NCBI GenBank assembly: GCA_938000015.1
Contig: CALLCY010000006.1
Span: 1 to 59,418 of the forward strand
DNA: 59,418 nt
Direction of reading: 5' to 3'
DNA from: an uncultured Clostridia bacterium
Lineage (GTDB): Bacteria; Bacillota; Clostridia; Oscillospirales; Butyricicoccaceae
In this document: positions 9,670-18,056 of the stretch, piece by piece
Numbering within the stretch: the stretch's first letter is position 1
Layout: every line of letters starts with the position of its first letter
Program-made: the position numbers and the translations under genes
Notes under the pieces: model-generated
What the model was told of the DNA's origin: nothing
The model's input: only the letters and a program-made list of their open reading frames with translations
The model's database searches: none

Positions 9670-10932
9670 ATGGGACGATCGGAAGAACTGTTTGAACAGG
9701 CAAAACAAGTGATGCCCGGCGGCGTCAACAGCCCGGTACGGGCCTTCAACGCCGTGGGCGGCGCGCCCCGGTTTATCAAAAGCGGCCGCGGGGCTCGCAT
9801 CACCGATGAAGACAATGTGACCTACATTGACTTTGTAGGTTCCTGGGGACCCATGATTCTGGGCCATCGGGACCCGGATGTGGAACAGGCCGTCATGGAA
9901 GCGGTGCAGGAAGGGCTGAGTTTCGGCGCTGCCACCCGCCGGGAGGTGGAAATGGCTCAGCTGATCTGCCGTCTGGTGCCGGGAATGGAAATGGTGCGCA
10001 TGGTCAACAGCGGCACTGAGGCCGTGATGAGCGCCCTGCGTCTGGCCCGTGGCTACACCGGTCGGGAAAAGCTCATCAAGTTCGCCGGCTGTTATCACGG
10101 CCACAGCGACAGCATGCTGGTGAAGGCCGGAAGCGGCGCTTTGACCAACGGCAAGCCGGACAGCGCCGGTGTCACCCGTGGTGCGGCCCAGGATACCCTG
10201 CTGGCCCAGTACAATGACCTTGCCTCGGTGGAGCAGCTGTTCCAGGAAAATCCCGGCGAGATCGCCGCCCTCATTGTGGAGCCGGTGGGCGCCAACATGG
10301 GTGTTGTGCCCCCTGCTCCCGGCTTTCTCCAGGGACTGCGGAAGCTGTGCGACGAAAACGGCGCACTGTTGATTTTTGACGAAGTGATCACTGGCTTCCG
10401 CCTGGCTCTGGGTGGCACTCAGGAATACTACGGCGTGCAGGCCGATCTGGTTACCTATGGCAAGATCATCGGTGCTGGGATGCCGGTGGGCGCTTACGGC
10501 GGCAAAAAGGCCATCATGAGCCAGGTGTCTCCCCTGGGCAGCGTTTACCAGGCCGGCACCCTGTCGGGCAACCCGGTGGCCATGGCAGCCGGACTTTGCA
10601 ACCTGCGGAAGCTGGAAAGCGATCCCGCTCTCTATGAGCGGCTGGAAAAGATGGGCGCCCATCTGGCCGATGGCCTGCGCCAGGCCATGCCCGGATGCAC
10701 CGTCAATCAGGTGGGAAGCCTGGTGTGCGCCTTCTTTACCGAAGGCCCTGTCACCGATTTTGCTTCGGCACAGACAAGCGACACCCACCGCTATGCCGCC
10801 TACTTCAGCCATATGCTGAAAAACGGCATCTACCTGGCTCCGGCCCAGTTCGAGGCCATGTTTGTCAGCGGTGCGCACACCATGGAAGATCTGGACCGGG
10901 CCATTGCAGCGGCCCGCACCTTCCAGGGCTAA
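9670..10932 (+). CDS. hemL: Glutamate-1-semialdehyde 2,1-aminomutase
   Basis: PGGVNSPVRAF, NSGTEA, FDEVITGFR, GKIIGAGMP. Confidence 0.97.
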   Translation: MGRSEELFEQAKQVMPGGVNSPVRAFNAVGGAPRFIKSGRGARITDEDNVTYIDFVGSWGPMILGHRDPDVEQAVMEAVQEGLSFGAATRREVEMAQLICRLVPGMEMVRMVNSGTEAVMSALRLARGYTGREKLIKFAGCYHGHSDSMLVKAGSGALTNGKPDSAGVTRGAAQDTLLAQYNDLASVEQLFQENPGEIAALIVEPVGANMGVVPPAPGFLQGLRKLCDENGALLIFDEVITGFRLALGGTQEYYGVQADLVTYGKIIGAGMPVGAYGGKKAIMSQVSPLGSVYQAGTLSGNPVAMAAGLCNLRKLESDPALYERLEKMGAHLADGLRQAMPGCTVNQVGSLVCAFFTEGPVTDFASAQTSDTHRYAAYFSHMLKNGIYLAPAQFEAMFVSGAHTMEDLDRAIAAARTFQG

Positions 10933-10944
10933 GGCAAAAACAAT

Positions 10945-10978
10945 AAAAAAAAGAGACCCGATCGGGTCTCTTTTTTTA
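10945..10978. terminator. Bidirectional intrinsic terminator
   Basis: AAAAAAAAGAGACCCG-AT-CGGGTCTCTTTTTTT between converging genes. Confidence 0.9.
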
Positions 10979-10992
10979 TTCGCTTTATCCCC

Positions 10993-13647
10993 CTAAGGGG
11001 AGGATGGCGTCACCGTGGTTCCCGGGTCCTGATTGTCATCGGGATCGGGAGGCACCTCCGGATCGGGTGTCGTTTCCCCTCCTCCCTCCGGATCAGGATT
11101 ATCCGGATCGGTGGGATTATTGGGATCATCCGGGTCCGTAGGATTGTTGGGATCATCCGGATTGTTGGGATCATTGGGATCAGTGGGGTTGTTGGGATCG
11201 TTGGGATCGGGCTCCACCGACGCATTGCCGTCATTTTCCGCATTGTGCAGAGTACAGGTGTGATTGGGTGATTCCCCTCCGCTGGCGGCAGGATAGCCGC
11301 TGGAATCGCTGCCAGGAAGCACATAGCCTCCATCCGAAACCCGTACGCCGGAAACAGGGAAGCTGCGATCCACACGGAGCATACCCACTGTTTTTACATC
11401 GGCCACCGGGCAAAAATCATTGGCCAGCTGTCCGGTCTGACTGTCGATCTGAGCGGCCACATGCATATCACAGCTGGCGGTGGGCACATCTTCTGCCGCC
11501 ACACGGGCCGATACCACCCGACTGCCCCGGATATCGCTGCTGCAATATTCTGTGGGTTTCAAACCGCTGTCGGCACAGACATACACCGTTTTCATGGCCG
11601 TCTTCCGCTCAAATTCGGCGTTGGGCAGATCGGCGTGCACATCCTCCATCACATCTTTCCAGATGGCCAGAGCCGGGTTGGTGCTCACGCCCTTGACCAC
11701 CTGGGGCGTATCATAGCCAAACCACACAGCAGCGGTATAATAAGGGGTCATACCCACAAACCAACGGTCGTAATCATCGTCGGTGGTACCGGTCTTACCA
11801 GCAGTCTCGATGCCCTGGATCTTGGCCCGGGCACCGGTGCCCTGAGGTCCGGTGACCACATTCACCAGCAGATCCAGCATATAGTCGGCGGTTTTCTGGC
11901 TCATGGCCTCCACCGTCTCGCCGGTGTTGTCCAAAATCACATTGCCCTGAGAGTCATAGACCTTGGTATAGACCTTGGGCTCGTTGTAATAACCGTAGTT
12001 GCCAAAAGCGGCATAGGCCGCAGTCATATCCAGCACAGAAACACCGTCGGTCAGACCGCCCAGAGCCAAAGGCGCCAGGCCCTTGTCGGACACCGTTCGG
12101 GTATTTCCCTTTTTGTCGGTGACAGTGCGTCCCCCTTCCAAGGGCAGACCCAGCTTTTCTGTGGCAAAGTTAAAGGAAGCATCCACACCCATCTGTTGGA
12201 CCAAATCCACAGGGATGGTATTGTTGGAAACCGCTACCGCCTTTTTCACTGTCATACGGCCTTGCCACACGCCGCCATTGGTGGAGTTTTTGGGCCAGCC
12301 AGAACTCTTGATGGAGAAATCCTGGGGCACATCGTCCAGCACAGACGCAGGGGTGATCAGCCCCATCTCCAAAGCCGGAGCATAGACGCTCACCGGCTTG
12401 ATGGAAGAACCGGGAGAACGGTTGGTTCTGGTGGCTCGGTTGAGCACCAGGTTACCCTCCTTCTCTCCTCGTCCGCCATAAAGGGCCTTCACTTCGCCGG
12501 TGTGCTGGTCCATAATGACCATGGCGCACTGGGGCATAGTGCCGTCCTTGCCCAGCACGCCGGGCAGGTTGTCCTCATCCTGGAACACAGCGTCCATCTT
12601 GGCCTGAACATTGGGATCGATGGTGCTGACGATGCGCAAGCCGCCAGTGTAAACCATCTGGCGGGCCACCGCCTGGCTGTACCCCTTTTCTTCCATCAGA
12701 TCCTCCACCACGCTGGTGAAGACCTCATCCACAAAGTAAGACCAGACTTCCTCGTCCTCTTCCTCCTCTGTGGGTTCATAGAGCACCAGCTCCTGGGCTT
12801 GGGCCTCGTTCTTCTCCGCTTCTGAGATATAGCCGTATTTGCACATCTGGTCCAGCACCAGGTCCCGCCGTTCCTTGTTGAATTCGGGGAAGCGCACCGG
12901 GTCATACTTATAGGGGTTCTTGGTGATGCCGGCAATGGCGGCACATTCCACCAGGGTCAGCTGAGATGGCTCCTTGCCAAAATAGGTCTGGGCCGCCGCT
13001 TTGACACCATAGGCATTCTGGCCCAGGAAAATGGTGTTGAGATAAAACTCCAGGATGTCGTCCTTTTCGTATTTATCCTCCAGCTCCAAAGCCCGCATGA
13101 TCTCGGTGATTTTCCGCTTTACCGAAGTCTCATCGTCGCCGGTGATGTTTTTGATCAGCTGCTGGGTGATGGTGGAGCCGCCGCCGAAGTTGTCCCGGAA
13201 GGGCACAATGTAGTTGAGAGCCGCGCCGATGGAGCGTTTCCAGTCCACGCCGCCATGCTCATAAAAGCGGTTGTCCTCAATGGCCACAAAGGCCTGCTGA
13301 AGCTGGGGTGATATCTCATCCATATCGGCCCAGATCCGGTTTTCGCTGCCGTGCAGTTCCTCCAGCACCTGTTCGTTGCCTGCACTGTCGATATAGGTGA
13401 CGAAACTGGTGAAATTCAGCCGGAAATCGTCCAGATTGATATCGATGGTGGGGTTGATATACTTGTTCACATACAGGGCGAAGGCCATGCCGCAGATGGC
13501 CACGGTGGTGATGGCAATGAGCACCGTGGACAGCAGCACAAAGGGAATGGGACGCATGCCGAACAAGCGGCGCTTTTTCCTTTTTTTCCGCTTTTTGCGC
13601 TGATTTTCCTGGGGTGCGCCTTCATTGGGAGTGAGTTGCTTATCCAA
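10993..13647 (-). CDS. Class A penicillin-binding protein (PBP1A family) with Pro/Asp/Asn-rich tail
   Basis: EDNRFYEH, GGSTITQQL, RKITE; transpeptidase SSIK, SNN, KTG; start reassigned to TTG 13647 after AAAGGAG. Confidence 0.93.
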   Translation of the reverse strand: MDKQLTPNEGAPQENQRKKRKKRKKRRLFGMRPIPFVLLSTVLIAITTVAICGMAFALYVNKYINPTIDINLDDFRLNFTSFVTYIDSAGNEQVLEELHGSENRIWADMDEISPQLQQAFVAIEDNRFYEHGGVDWKRSIGAALNYIVPFRDNFGGGSTITQQLIKNITGDDETSVKRKITEIMRALELEDKYEKDDILEFYLNTIFLGQNAYGVKAAAQTYFGKEPSQLTLVECAAIAGITKNPYKYDPVRFPEFNKERRDLVLDQMCKYGYISEAEKNEAQAQELVLYEPTEEEEDEEVWSYFVDEVFTSVVEDLMEEKGYSQAVARQMVYTGGLRIVSTIDPNVQAKMDAVFQDEDNLPGVLGKDGTMPQCAMVIMDQHTGEVKALYGGRGEKEGNLVLNRATRTNRSPGSSIKPVSVYAPALEMGLITPASVLDDVPQDFSIKSSGWPKNSTNGGVWQGRMTVKKAVAVSNNTIPVDLVQQMGVDASFNFATEKLGLPLEGGRTVTDKKGNTRTVSDKGLAPLALGGLTDGVSVLDMTAAYAAFGNYGYYNEPKVYTKVYDSQGNVILDNTGETVEAMSQKTADYMLDLLVNVVTGPQGTGARAKIQGIETAGKTGTTDDDYDRWFVGMTPYYTAAVWFGYDTPQVVKGVSTNPALAIWKDVMEDVHADLPNAEFERKTAMKTVYVCADSGLKPTEYCSSDIRGSRVVSARVAAEDVPTASCDMHVAAQIDSQTGQLANDFCPVADVKTVGMLRVDRSFPVSGVRVSDGGYVLPGSDSSGYPAASGGESPNHTCTLHNAENDGNASVEPDPNDPNNPTDPNDPNNPDDPNNPTDPDDPNNPTDPDNPDPEGGGETTPDPEVPPDPDDNQDPGTTVTPSSP
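11030..11215 (-). repeat. Coding PNDPNNPTD-type repeat in PBP C-terminus
   Basis: 9/27-bp periodic ggatc/gttgg units. Confidence 0.8.
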
Positions 13648-13770
13648 AGATCCGTTCTCCTTTCGCCGGGGTGTGGGAGAAGGGCCCTGAGGCCTTCCCG
13701 GGTATCTTCCTGATTGAGACGAATGCGCAGGGGCATTTGTTCCTTGCCCCAAGTACAATAATCGGTTTAC

Positions 13771-13800
13771 ATTATAACATAGATTCGGGAAAAAATCCAA
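13771..13800 (-). promoter_or_regulatory. Probable sigma-A promoter (extended -10) for the PBP gene
   Basis: Minus strand TTGGAT...TGTTATAAT. Confidence 0.55.
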
Positions 13801-13807
13801 AACTTTT

Positions 13808-13837
13808 GTATAAAGGCCCCCATTCATGGAAAAAATA
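13808..13837 (+). promoter_or_regulatory. Sigma-F-type (forespore) promoter
   Basis: GTATA-15 bp-GGAAAAAATA fits the GYATA-N15-GGnnAnAHTR consensus; lies upstream of a bofC-like gene. Confidence 0.65.
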
Positions 13838-13869
13838 AGCAGCAGACAAACCGGAAAGGTGGAATCACG

Positions 13870-14229
13870 ATGACCGCTGCCAAAAGCCGTTTTTTTATCC
13901 TGGGGGGCCTGGTCTCGGTCTCCCTGGCCATGACGATGGCCGCCCTCGTTTCTTCCCGTCCCGAAGAGGCTTCCCCCCTCCAGACCGTCTCCCACCAAAG
14001 CCAAACGGTGGAGGTGCAGCCGGTGGAAAAGGCCCTGTATCAATATGTGGTACGGGATTATCAGGGAAAAATCGCTGTCTATTCTTCCATGGAGGCCCAG
14101 ACGCCTCAGTATGTCACCGATTTTGACACAGCCGTTCTTCCCCAGCAGGACCGGGAAATGCTGAAAGAGGGCATCGGCCTGCGCAATGAAGAAGAACTTC
14201 AGATGCTGCTGGAGGACTACGGCAGCTGA
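13870..14229 (+). CDS. BofC C-terminal-domain protein (sporulation), signal peptide
   Basis: YVVRDYQGKIAVY...LPQQDREMLKEGI...EELQMLLEDYGS. Confidence 0.75.
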   Translation: MTAAKSRFFILGGLVSVSLAMTMAALVSSRPEEASPLQTVSHQSQTVEVQPVEKALYQYVVRDYQGKIAVYSSMEAQTPQYVTDFDTAVLPQQDREMLKEGIGLRNEEELQMLLEDYGS

Positions 14230-14293
14230 AACCGGCATTTTTCGATAAAAGTCTCCATTTTTATCGCCCTTTTCAATAGAACCCTCCCTTTGA

Positions 14294-14322
14294 TTGACGA
14301 GGAAAAATCCGGCTGTTATAAT
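14294..14322 (+). promoter_or_regulatory. Sigma-A promoter
   Basis: TTGACG-17 bp-TATAAT with extended TG. Confidence 0.8.
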
Positions 14323-14381
14323 GAGACCAGGAGACAGGGGCTTTTCCCTGTCCGGATTTTTTGAAACTGGAGGATTCCCCA

Positions 14382-14963
14382 ATGTATAAAGTGGATGCCC
14401 GGGGCGAAGCCTGCCCCAAGCCCGTCCTCATGACCAAGGCCGCCGTGCAGAACGGTGAAGAAGAGATCCAGACCCTGGTGGACAACCCCACCGCCGTGCA
14501 GAACCTGAGCCGTTTTGCCGCCAGCGTGGGCTATACCCATGAAAGCCAGGAGGACAACGGTGTTTACACCGTCACCCTGAAAAAGGACCCCAATGCCGAT
14601 GTGCAGAAGGCCGATGCCTATGAAGACCGTTCCTGGTCCATTTTCTGCACCGAAAACCGCATCGGTTCTGCCGACAATGAGCTGGGCCACAACCTGATCA
14701 ATATGTATTTCTACACCCTGACTCAGATGGACACTCCGCCCTCTGTCATTGCCTTTATGAACGAAGGTGTCATGCTGCCCTGCGAAAACGAGCAGATCGT
14801 GGACAGCCTGAAAACGCTGATGGAGAAGGGCACCCGGGTGATGGTCTGCGGCACCTGCCTGAACTTCTTCGGTATCACCGACAAGCTCCAGTGCGGCACT
14901 GTGAGCAATATGTACGAAATTCTGGAAGCCGTCACCGCTTGCGGCAAGATGATGCGCGTCTGA
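14382..14963 (+). CDS. yedF: Sulfurtransferase-like selenium metabolism protein (TusA + DsrE domains)
   Basis: VDARGEACPKPV, LVDN..A..N; C-terminal FMNEGV, VCGTCL, VSNMYEI; ATG 14382 after GGAGG. Confidence 0.85.
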   Translation: MYKVDARGEACPKPVLMTKAAVQNGEEEIQTLVDNPTAVQNLSRFAASVGYTHESQEDNGVYTVTLKKDPNADVQKADAYEDRSWSIFCTENRIGSADNELGHNLINMYFYTLTQMDTPPSVIAFMNEGVMLPCENEQIVDSLKTLMEKGTRVMVCGTCLNFFGITDKLQCGTVSNMYEILEAVTACGKMMRV

Positions 14964-15235
14964 TGGAACGGACAGAATTTTATGTGATCTCCTTTGAAAA
15001 CACCCATTCGGCTATGGAGGCCCAGAAGATCCTCCGGCCCCGCTATTCCATCACCGTCATTCCCACTCTGCGGGAAGTGTCCCAAAGCTGCGGCATTTCA
15101 GTGATGCTGCCGGAAATGAGCCAGCAGGAGGCCATCGCCGCGGCCAACAGCCTGGGAATGGAAAAAGGGATGTTTCAGCTGTATTTTGCCAAAGGAGATA
15201 AAAACCACCGTCAGGTGGAAGCCATTCAGATCTGA
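14963..15235 (+). CDS. DUF3343 family protein
   Basis: FENTHSAM, IPTLREVSQSCG; translationally coupled (TGATG) to yedF. Confidence 0.75.
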   Translation: MERTEFYVISFENTHSAMEAQKILRPRYSITVIPTLREVSQSCGISVMLPEMSQQEAIAAANSLGMEKGMFQLYFAKGDKNHRQVEAIQI

Positions 15236-15240
15236 CATAC

Positions 15241-15280
15241 GAAAGTCCTTGGGAAGCCACACTTCCCAAGGACTTTTTTG
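15241..15280 (+). terminator. Intrinsic terminator
   Basis: AAAGTCCTTGGGAAG-loop-CTTCCCAAGGACTTT plus T-tract. Confidence 0.8.
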
Positions 15281-15520
15281 CATGCCGGAAAAGCGGCCTT
15301 TGCCACTTTTCCGAGTTTTTGCAAGGTGCTGCATGCACGCCTTCGGCGCACACTTGCCCCTTGAGAAGTGCAAAAAGCCACGCACAGGTCGCGGCTTTTT
15401 GCGGGTTGATGAAGGGAAGGGCCAGCGTCCCTCTCCAATCAAATCAGTTTTAGGACAGTTTGAAAAGCCTTAGAAATCCAGACTTTCCAAAGACTTTTTT
15501 CGTCTTTTTTCTCCGATACC

Positions 15521-15549
15521 TTGCCAGGGCGCCATTTTTGCTTTATGAT
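15521..15549 (+). promoter_or_regulatory. Sigma-A promoter
   Basis: TTGCCA-17 bp-TATGAT. Confidence 0.6.
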
Positions 15550-15591
15550 AAATGAGGTTTGCTTTCATTTGAAAAAGAGAGGATTTTGGTT

Positions 15592-16353
15592 ATGGATTTC
15601 AGTCTGCACGCACTACTCATCGTCTGTCCATTGGTGTTCTTGTCCGGATTTGTGGATTCGGTGGCCGGGGGAGGCGGACTGATTTCCATCCCTGCCTATG
15701 TTTTCGCCGGTCTGCCCATGATCAATGCCTATGGCTGCAACAAGTTTTCCGCCGCTTTGGGCACCTGCGTCTCCTCTTTCAAATATTTCAAAAGCGGCAA
15801 TGTTCATTTGAAAACCGCCTTATACAGCGCCGTGGGCGCCCTCATCGGCGCCTGGATGGGCTCCCAGCTTGCCATGGTGCTGGAAGACCGGGTGCTGCGG
15901 ATGTGCCTGATGGTGATCCTGCCGGTAGCCGGTGTCTTTATCCTCATCAATCGGAAGTTTGGTGAAAATGAGGACGAACACGATCAGGTGAAATGGCTCT
16001 ACCCCAAAGCCTTTGTCATCGGCCTGTTTCTGGGGGCCTATGACGGCTTCTTCGGCCCGGGCACCGGCACTTTCCTCATCATCCTGTTCTGCATGGTGCT
16101 GCGGCTGCCCATCGTCACTTCTTCCGGCAATGCCAAGCTGACCAATCTGGCTTCCAACATCGCCTCGGCGGTGGCCTATCTCCTGGGAGGCAAGGTGCTT
16201 TTCTGGCTGGCCGTACCCGCTGCCTGCTGCACCATCGCCGGAAACTACCTTGGCGCTCATCTGGCCATCAAAAACGGCGCCAAGTTCATCCGTCCCATCA
16301 TCGCTTTGGTCATCGTGCTGCTGATGATCAAAGTGGTGAGCGAGCTGTTTTAA
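15592..16353 (+). CDS. Sulfite exporter TauE/SafE (TSUP) family transporter
   Basis: GFVDSVAGGGGLIS, GAYDGFFGPGTGTF, multiple TM segments; ATG 15592. Confidence 0.9.
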   Translation: MDFSLHALLIVCPLVFLSGFVDSVAGGGGLISIPAYVFAGLPMINAYGCNKFSAALGTCVSSFKYFKSGNVHLKTALYSAVGALIGAWMGSQLAMVLEDRVLRMCLMVILPVAGVFILINRKFGENEDEHDQVKWLYPKAFVIGLFLGAYDGFFGPGTGTFLIILFCMVLRLPIVTSSGNAKLTNLASNIASAVAYLLGGKVLFWLAVPAACCTIAGNYLGAHLAIKNGAKFIRPIIALVIVLLMIKVVSELF

Positions 16354-16356
16354 GCC

Positions 16357-17145
16357 ATGCTCATTTCCTATTCTCCTGAGCAGGCGGAGACCCTCTCCTC
16401 CCTGCCCTGCCTGTTCCAGCAGCCCCCTTGGAAAAACTGCCGGGGTGTTGTTTCCTGGGAGGGCAGCACTCCCAAGGCCGCAGCCCTCTTTCCCTTTGTC
16501 CCCTTTCAGAAACGAACGGCCCTCTTTCTTCTGGGGGAGGAAGGGAAGCATTTTGTCCCCCTCATCGCCGCCGCATTGGATCAGGCAAAAAGCTTGGGGC
16601 TGCGAATGGTCACCACCGACCTGCCCTATGGTTCCCATCCCTTTGCCGAACAAGGGGGACTGGTTCCTTGGTTCACCACCCGGCACATGATTTATGAAGG
16701 GGAGCCTTTACCTGACCCCCTTTCCCCCATTCCCTATGAGGACCCGTGGTACCGGGCCTATCAGGACCTGATCGCCCAGGCCTTTCTCCCTCTGCGCCGG
16801 GCCATGGATGTACCACCCCACCGGATGCTCCCTTCGGTGGAGGATCGGCTTTCCTGCGCTCAGCACCGCCGGGAGATCTTCCTCTTCCTGCAAAACCGGA
16901 AGCTTATGGGAGCGGTCTCTCTGAATGAAAGCGGTCTGCTGGACAATCTGGCGGTGTCTCCTGCCTTTCAGGGGCAAGGGCTGGGAAAAGGCATTCTGGC
17001 TTTTGCCGTAAACCGCCTTTTGGCCCAAGGCCGGACGCCCACTCTGGAGGTGTTGGACTGGAACGAAAAGGCCATCCGGCTCTATGAAAGCCAGGGATTT
17101 GTCACCCATCTCCGCCGCAGCCTGTACCGACGGGATCTGCCCTGA
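16357..17145 (+). CDS. GNAT family N-acetyltransferase
   Basis: LAVSPAFQGQGLGK, NEKAIRLYESQGF. Confidence 0.85.
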   Translation: MLISYSPEQAETLSSLPCLFQQPPWKNCRGVVSWEGSTPKAAALFPFVPFQKRTALFLLGEEGKHFVPLIAAALDQAKSLGLRMVTTDLPYGSHPFAEQGGLVPWFTTRHMIYEGEPLPDPLSPIPYEDPWYRAYQDLIAQAFLPLRRAMDVPPHRMLPSVEDRLSCAQHRREIFLFLQNRKLMGAVSLNESGLLDNLAVSPAFQGQGLGKGILAFAVNRLLAQGRTPTLEVLDWNEKAIRLYESQGFVTHLRRSLYRRDLP

Positions 17146-17164
17146 AAAAAGACTGATATACTGC

Positions 17165-17195
17165 AAAAGGCCCTGGGCATTGCCCAGGGCCTTTG
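17165..17195. terminator. Bidirectional terminator at the left boundary of the minus-strand cluster
   Basis: AAAAGGCCCTGGGCA-TGCCCAGGGCCTTTG inverted repeat between converging genes. Confidence 0.8.
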
Positions 17196-17198
17196 TCA

Positions 17199-18056
17199 TT
17201 ATGCAAAATCAAATCCCAGATACCATTCTTCCCCTGTGGGTACCGGCAGGCCGGACACCATGGCAAAAGGCTCTTTTTCTCCACCCAGTGCCTGGCTCCA
17301 GGGAGGCAGGCGCACTTGCGCCTTTTGACAGCCCAAGGCATCCATCAGGCCGGCAAGGCAACCTTCCAGCGCCTCCTCCGGCCCCAGCAGCTCCCGCACC
17401 TGGAGCCGGCCTTCCGCGTCGATTTCCGCCGCAGCACAGCACTGAGGAGCCTGAGGAAAGGCAAACAGGCCCCCGTTCTCTTCTTGGGAGATCCGGCGCT
17501 GAAACTCCACCAGCCGTCCCTCCCAATCCATAAAGTTCCGGCCTTCCAAGGCCCTTCGCCGCAGGGAGATATAACCTTCCGCCCCAATGGGCCGGGGAGA
17601 AATATGGGCTTTGGGCAAACTCTGCCGTTCTTTTTCGGCAAAACGAATGTAAAAGGCGGTTTCCGCCCCCAAAGCCTTGGCATAAAAGGGGTACAGCTCT
17701 GGAGTATCAGGCACCACGGCCACGCAGTCCAGTTCCCCGTCTTTCAGCCGCTCCACCGCCCGCTTCAGCAAAGCGGTGGCTGCCCCCCGCCCCTGATAAT
17801 GGGGCAGAGTAGCCAAGCCATAAATGCAAACGGCCCTTTTTTTCATCCCCGCCTGGGTATGTAATGTACCGGGGAGCAGGGTCATCATGGCACACAGTGT
17901 TTCTTCCCAAAAGCCCAGCTCCACTTGCTTTGGAGAAAAGGCACAGGATTCGTAGATTTCCCAAAACTCCTGGGTATCCCCAAAACACTCCTGCCACAAA
18001 GGCCGCAGACACGGCTCTTCCCCAACCCGGGCCAGGCGGAAACGGAGATCAGCCAT
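17199..18056 (-). CDS. GNAT acetyltransferase (Eis-like N-terminus)
   Basis: LWQECFGD, IYGLATLPHYQGRGAA, LYPFY; start ATG 18056 overlaps upstream stop. Confidence 0.8.
   Translation of the reverse strand: MADLRFRLARVGEEPCLRPLWQECFGDTQEFWEIYESCAFSPKQVELGFWEETLCAMMTLLPGTLHTQAGMKKRAVCIYGLATLPHYQGRGAATALLKRAVERLKDGELDCVAVVPDTPELYPFYAKALGAETAFYIRFAEKERQSLPKAHISPRPIGAEGYISLRRRALEGRNFMDWEGRLVEFQRRISQEENGGLFAFPQAPQCCAAAEIDAEGRLQVRELLGPEEALEGCLAGLMDALGCQKAQVRLPPWSQALGGEKEPFAMVSGLPVPTGEEWYLGFDFA

Noticed and set aside
13648..14382. N-terminal extension of the PBP in the ORF track (1129 aa)
   Set aside because: Overlaps the bofC-like gene and promoters; a good RBS precedes TTG at 13647.
14382..15235. 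Selenocysteine read-through at the yedF TGA
   Set aside because: The TGA falls at the normal end of the DsrE domain and overlaps the next ATG in a different frame, which is ordinary translational coupling.
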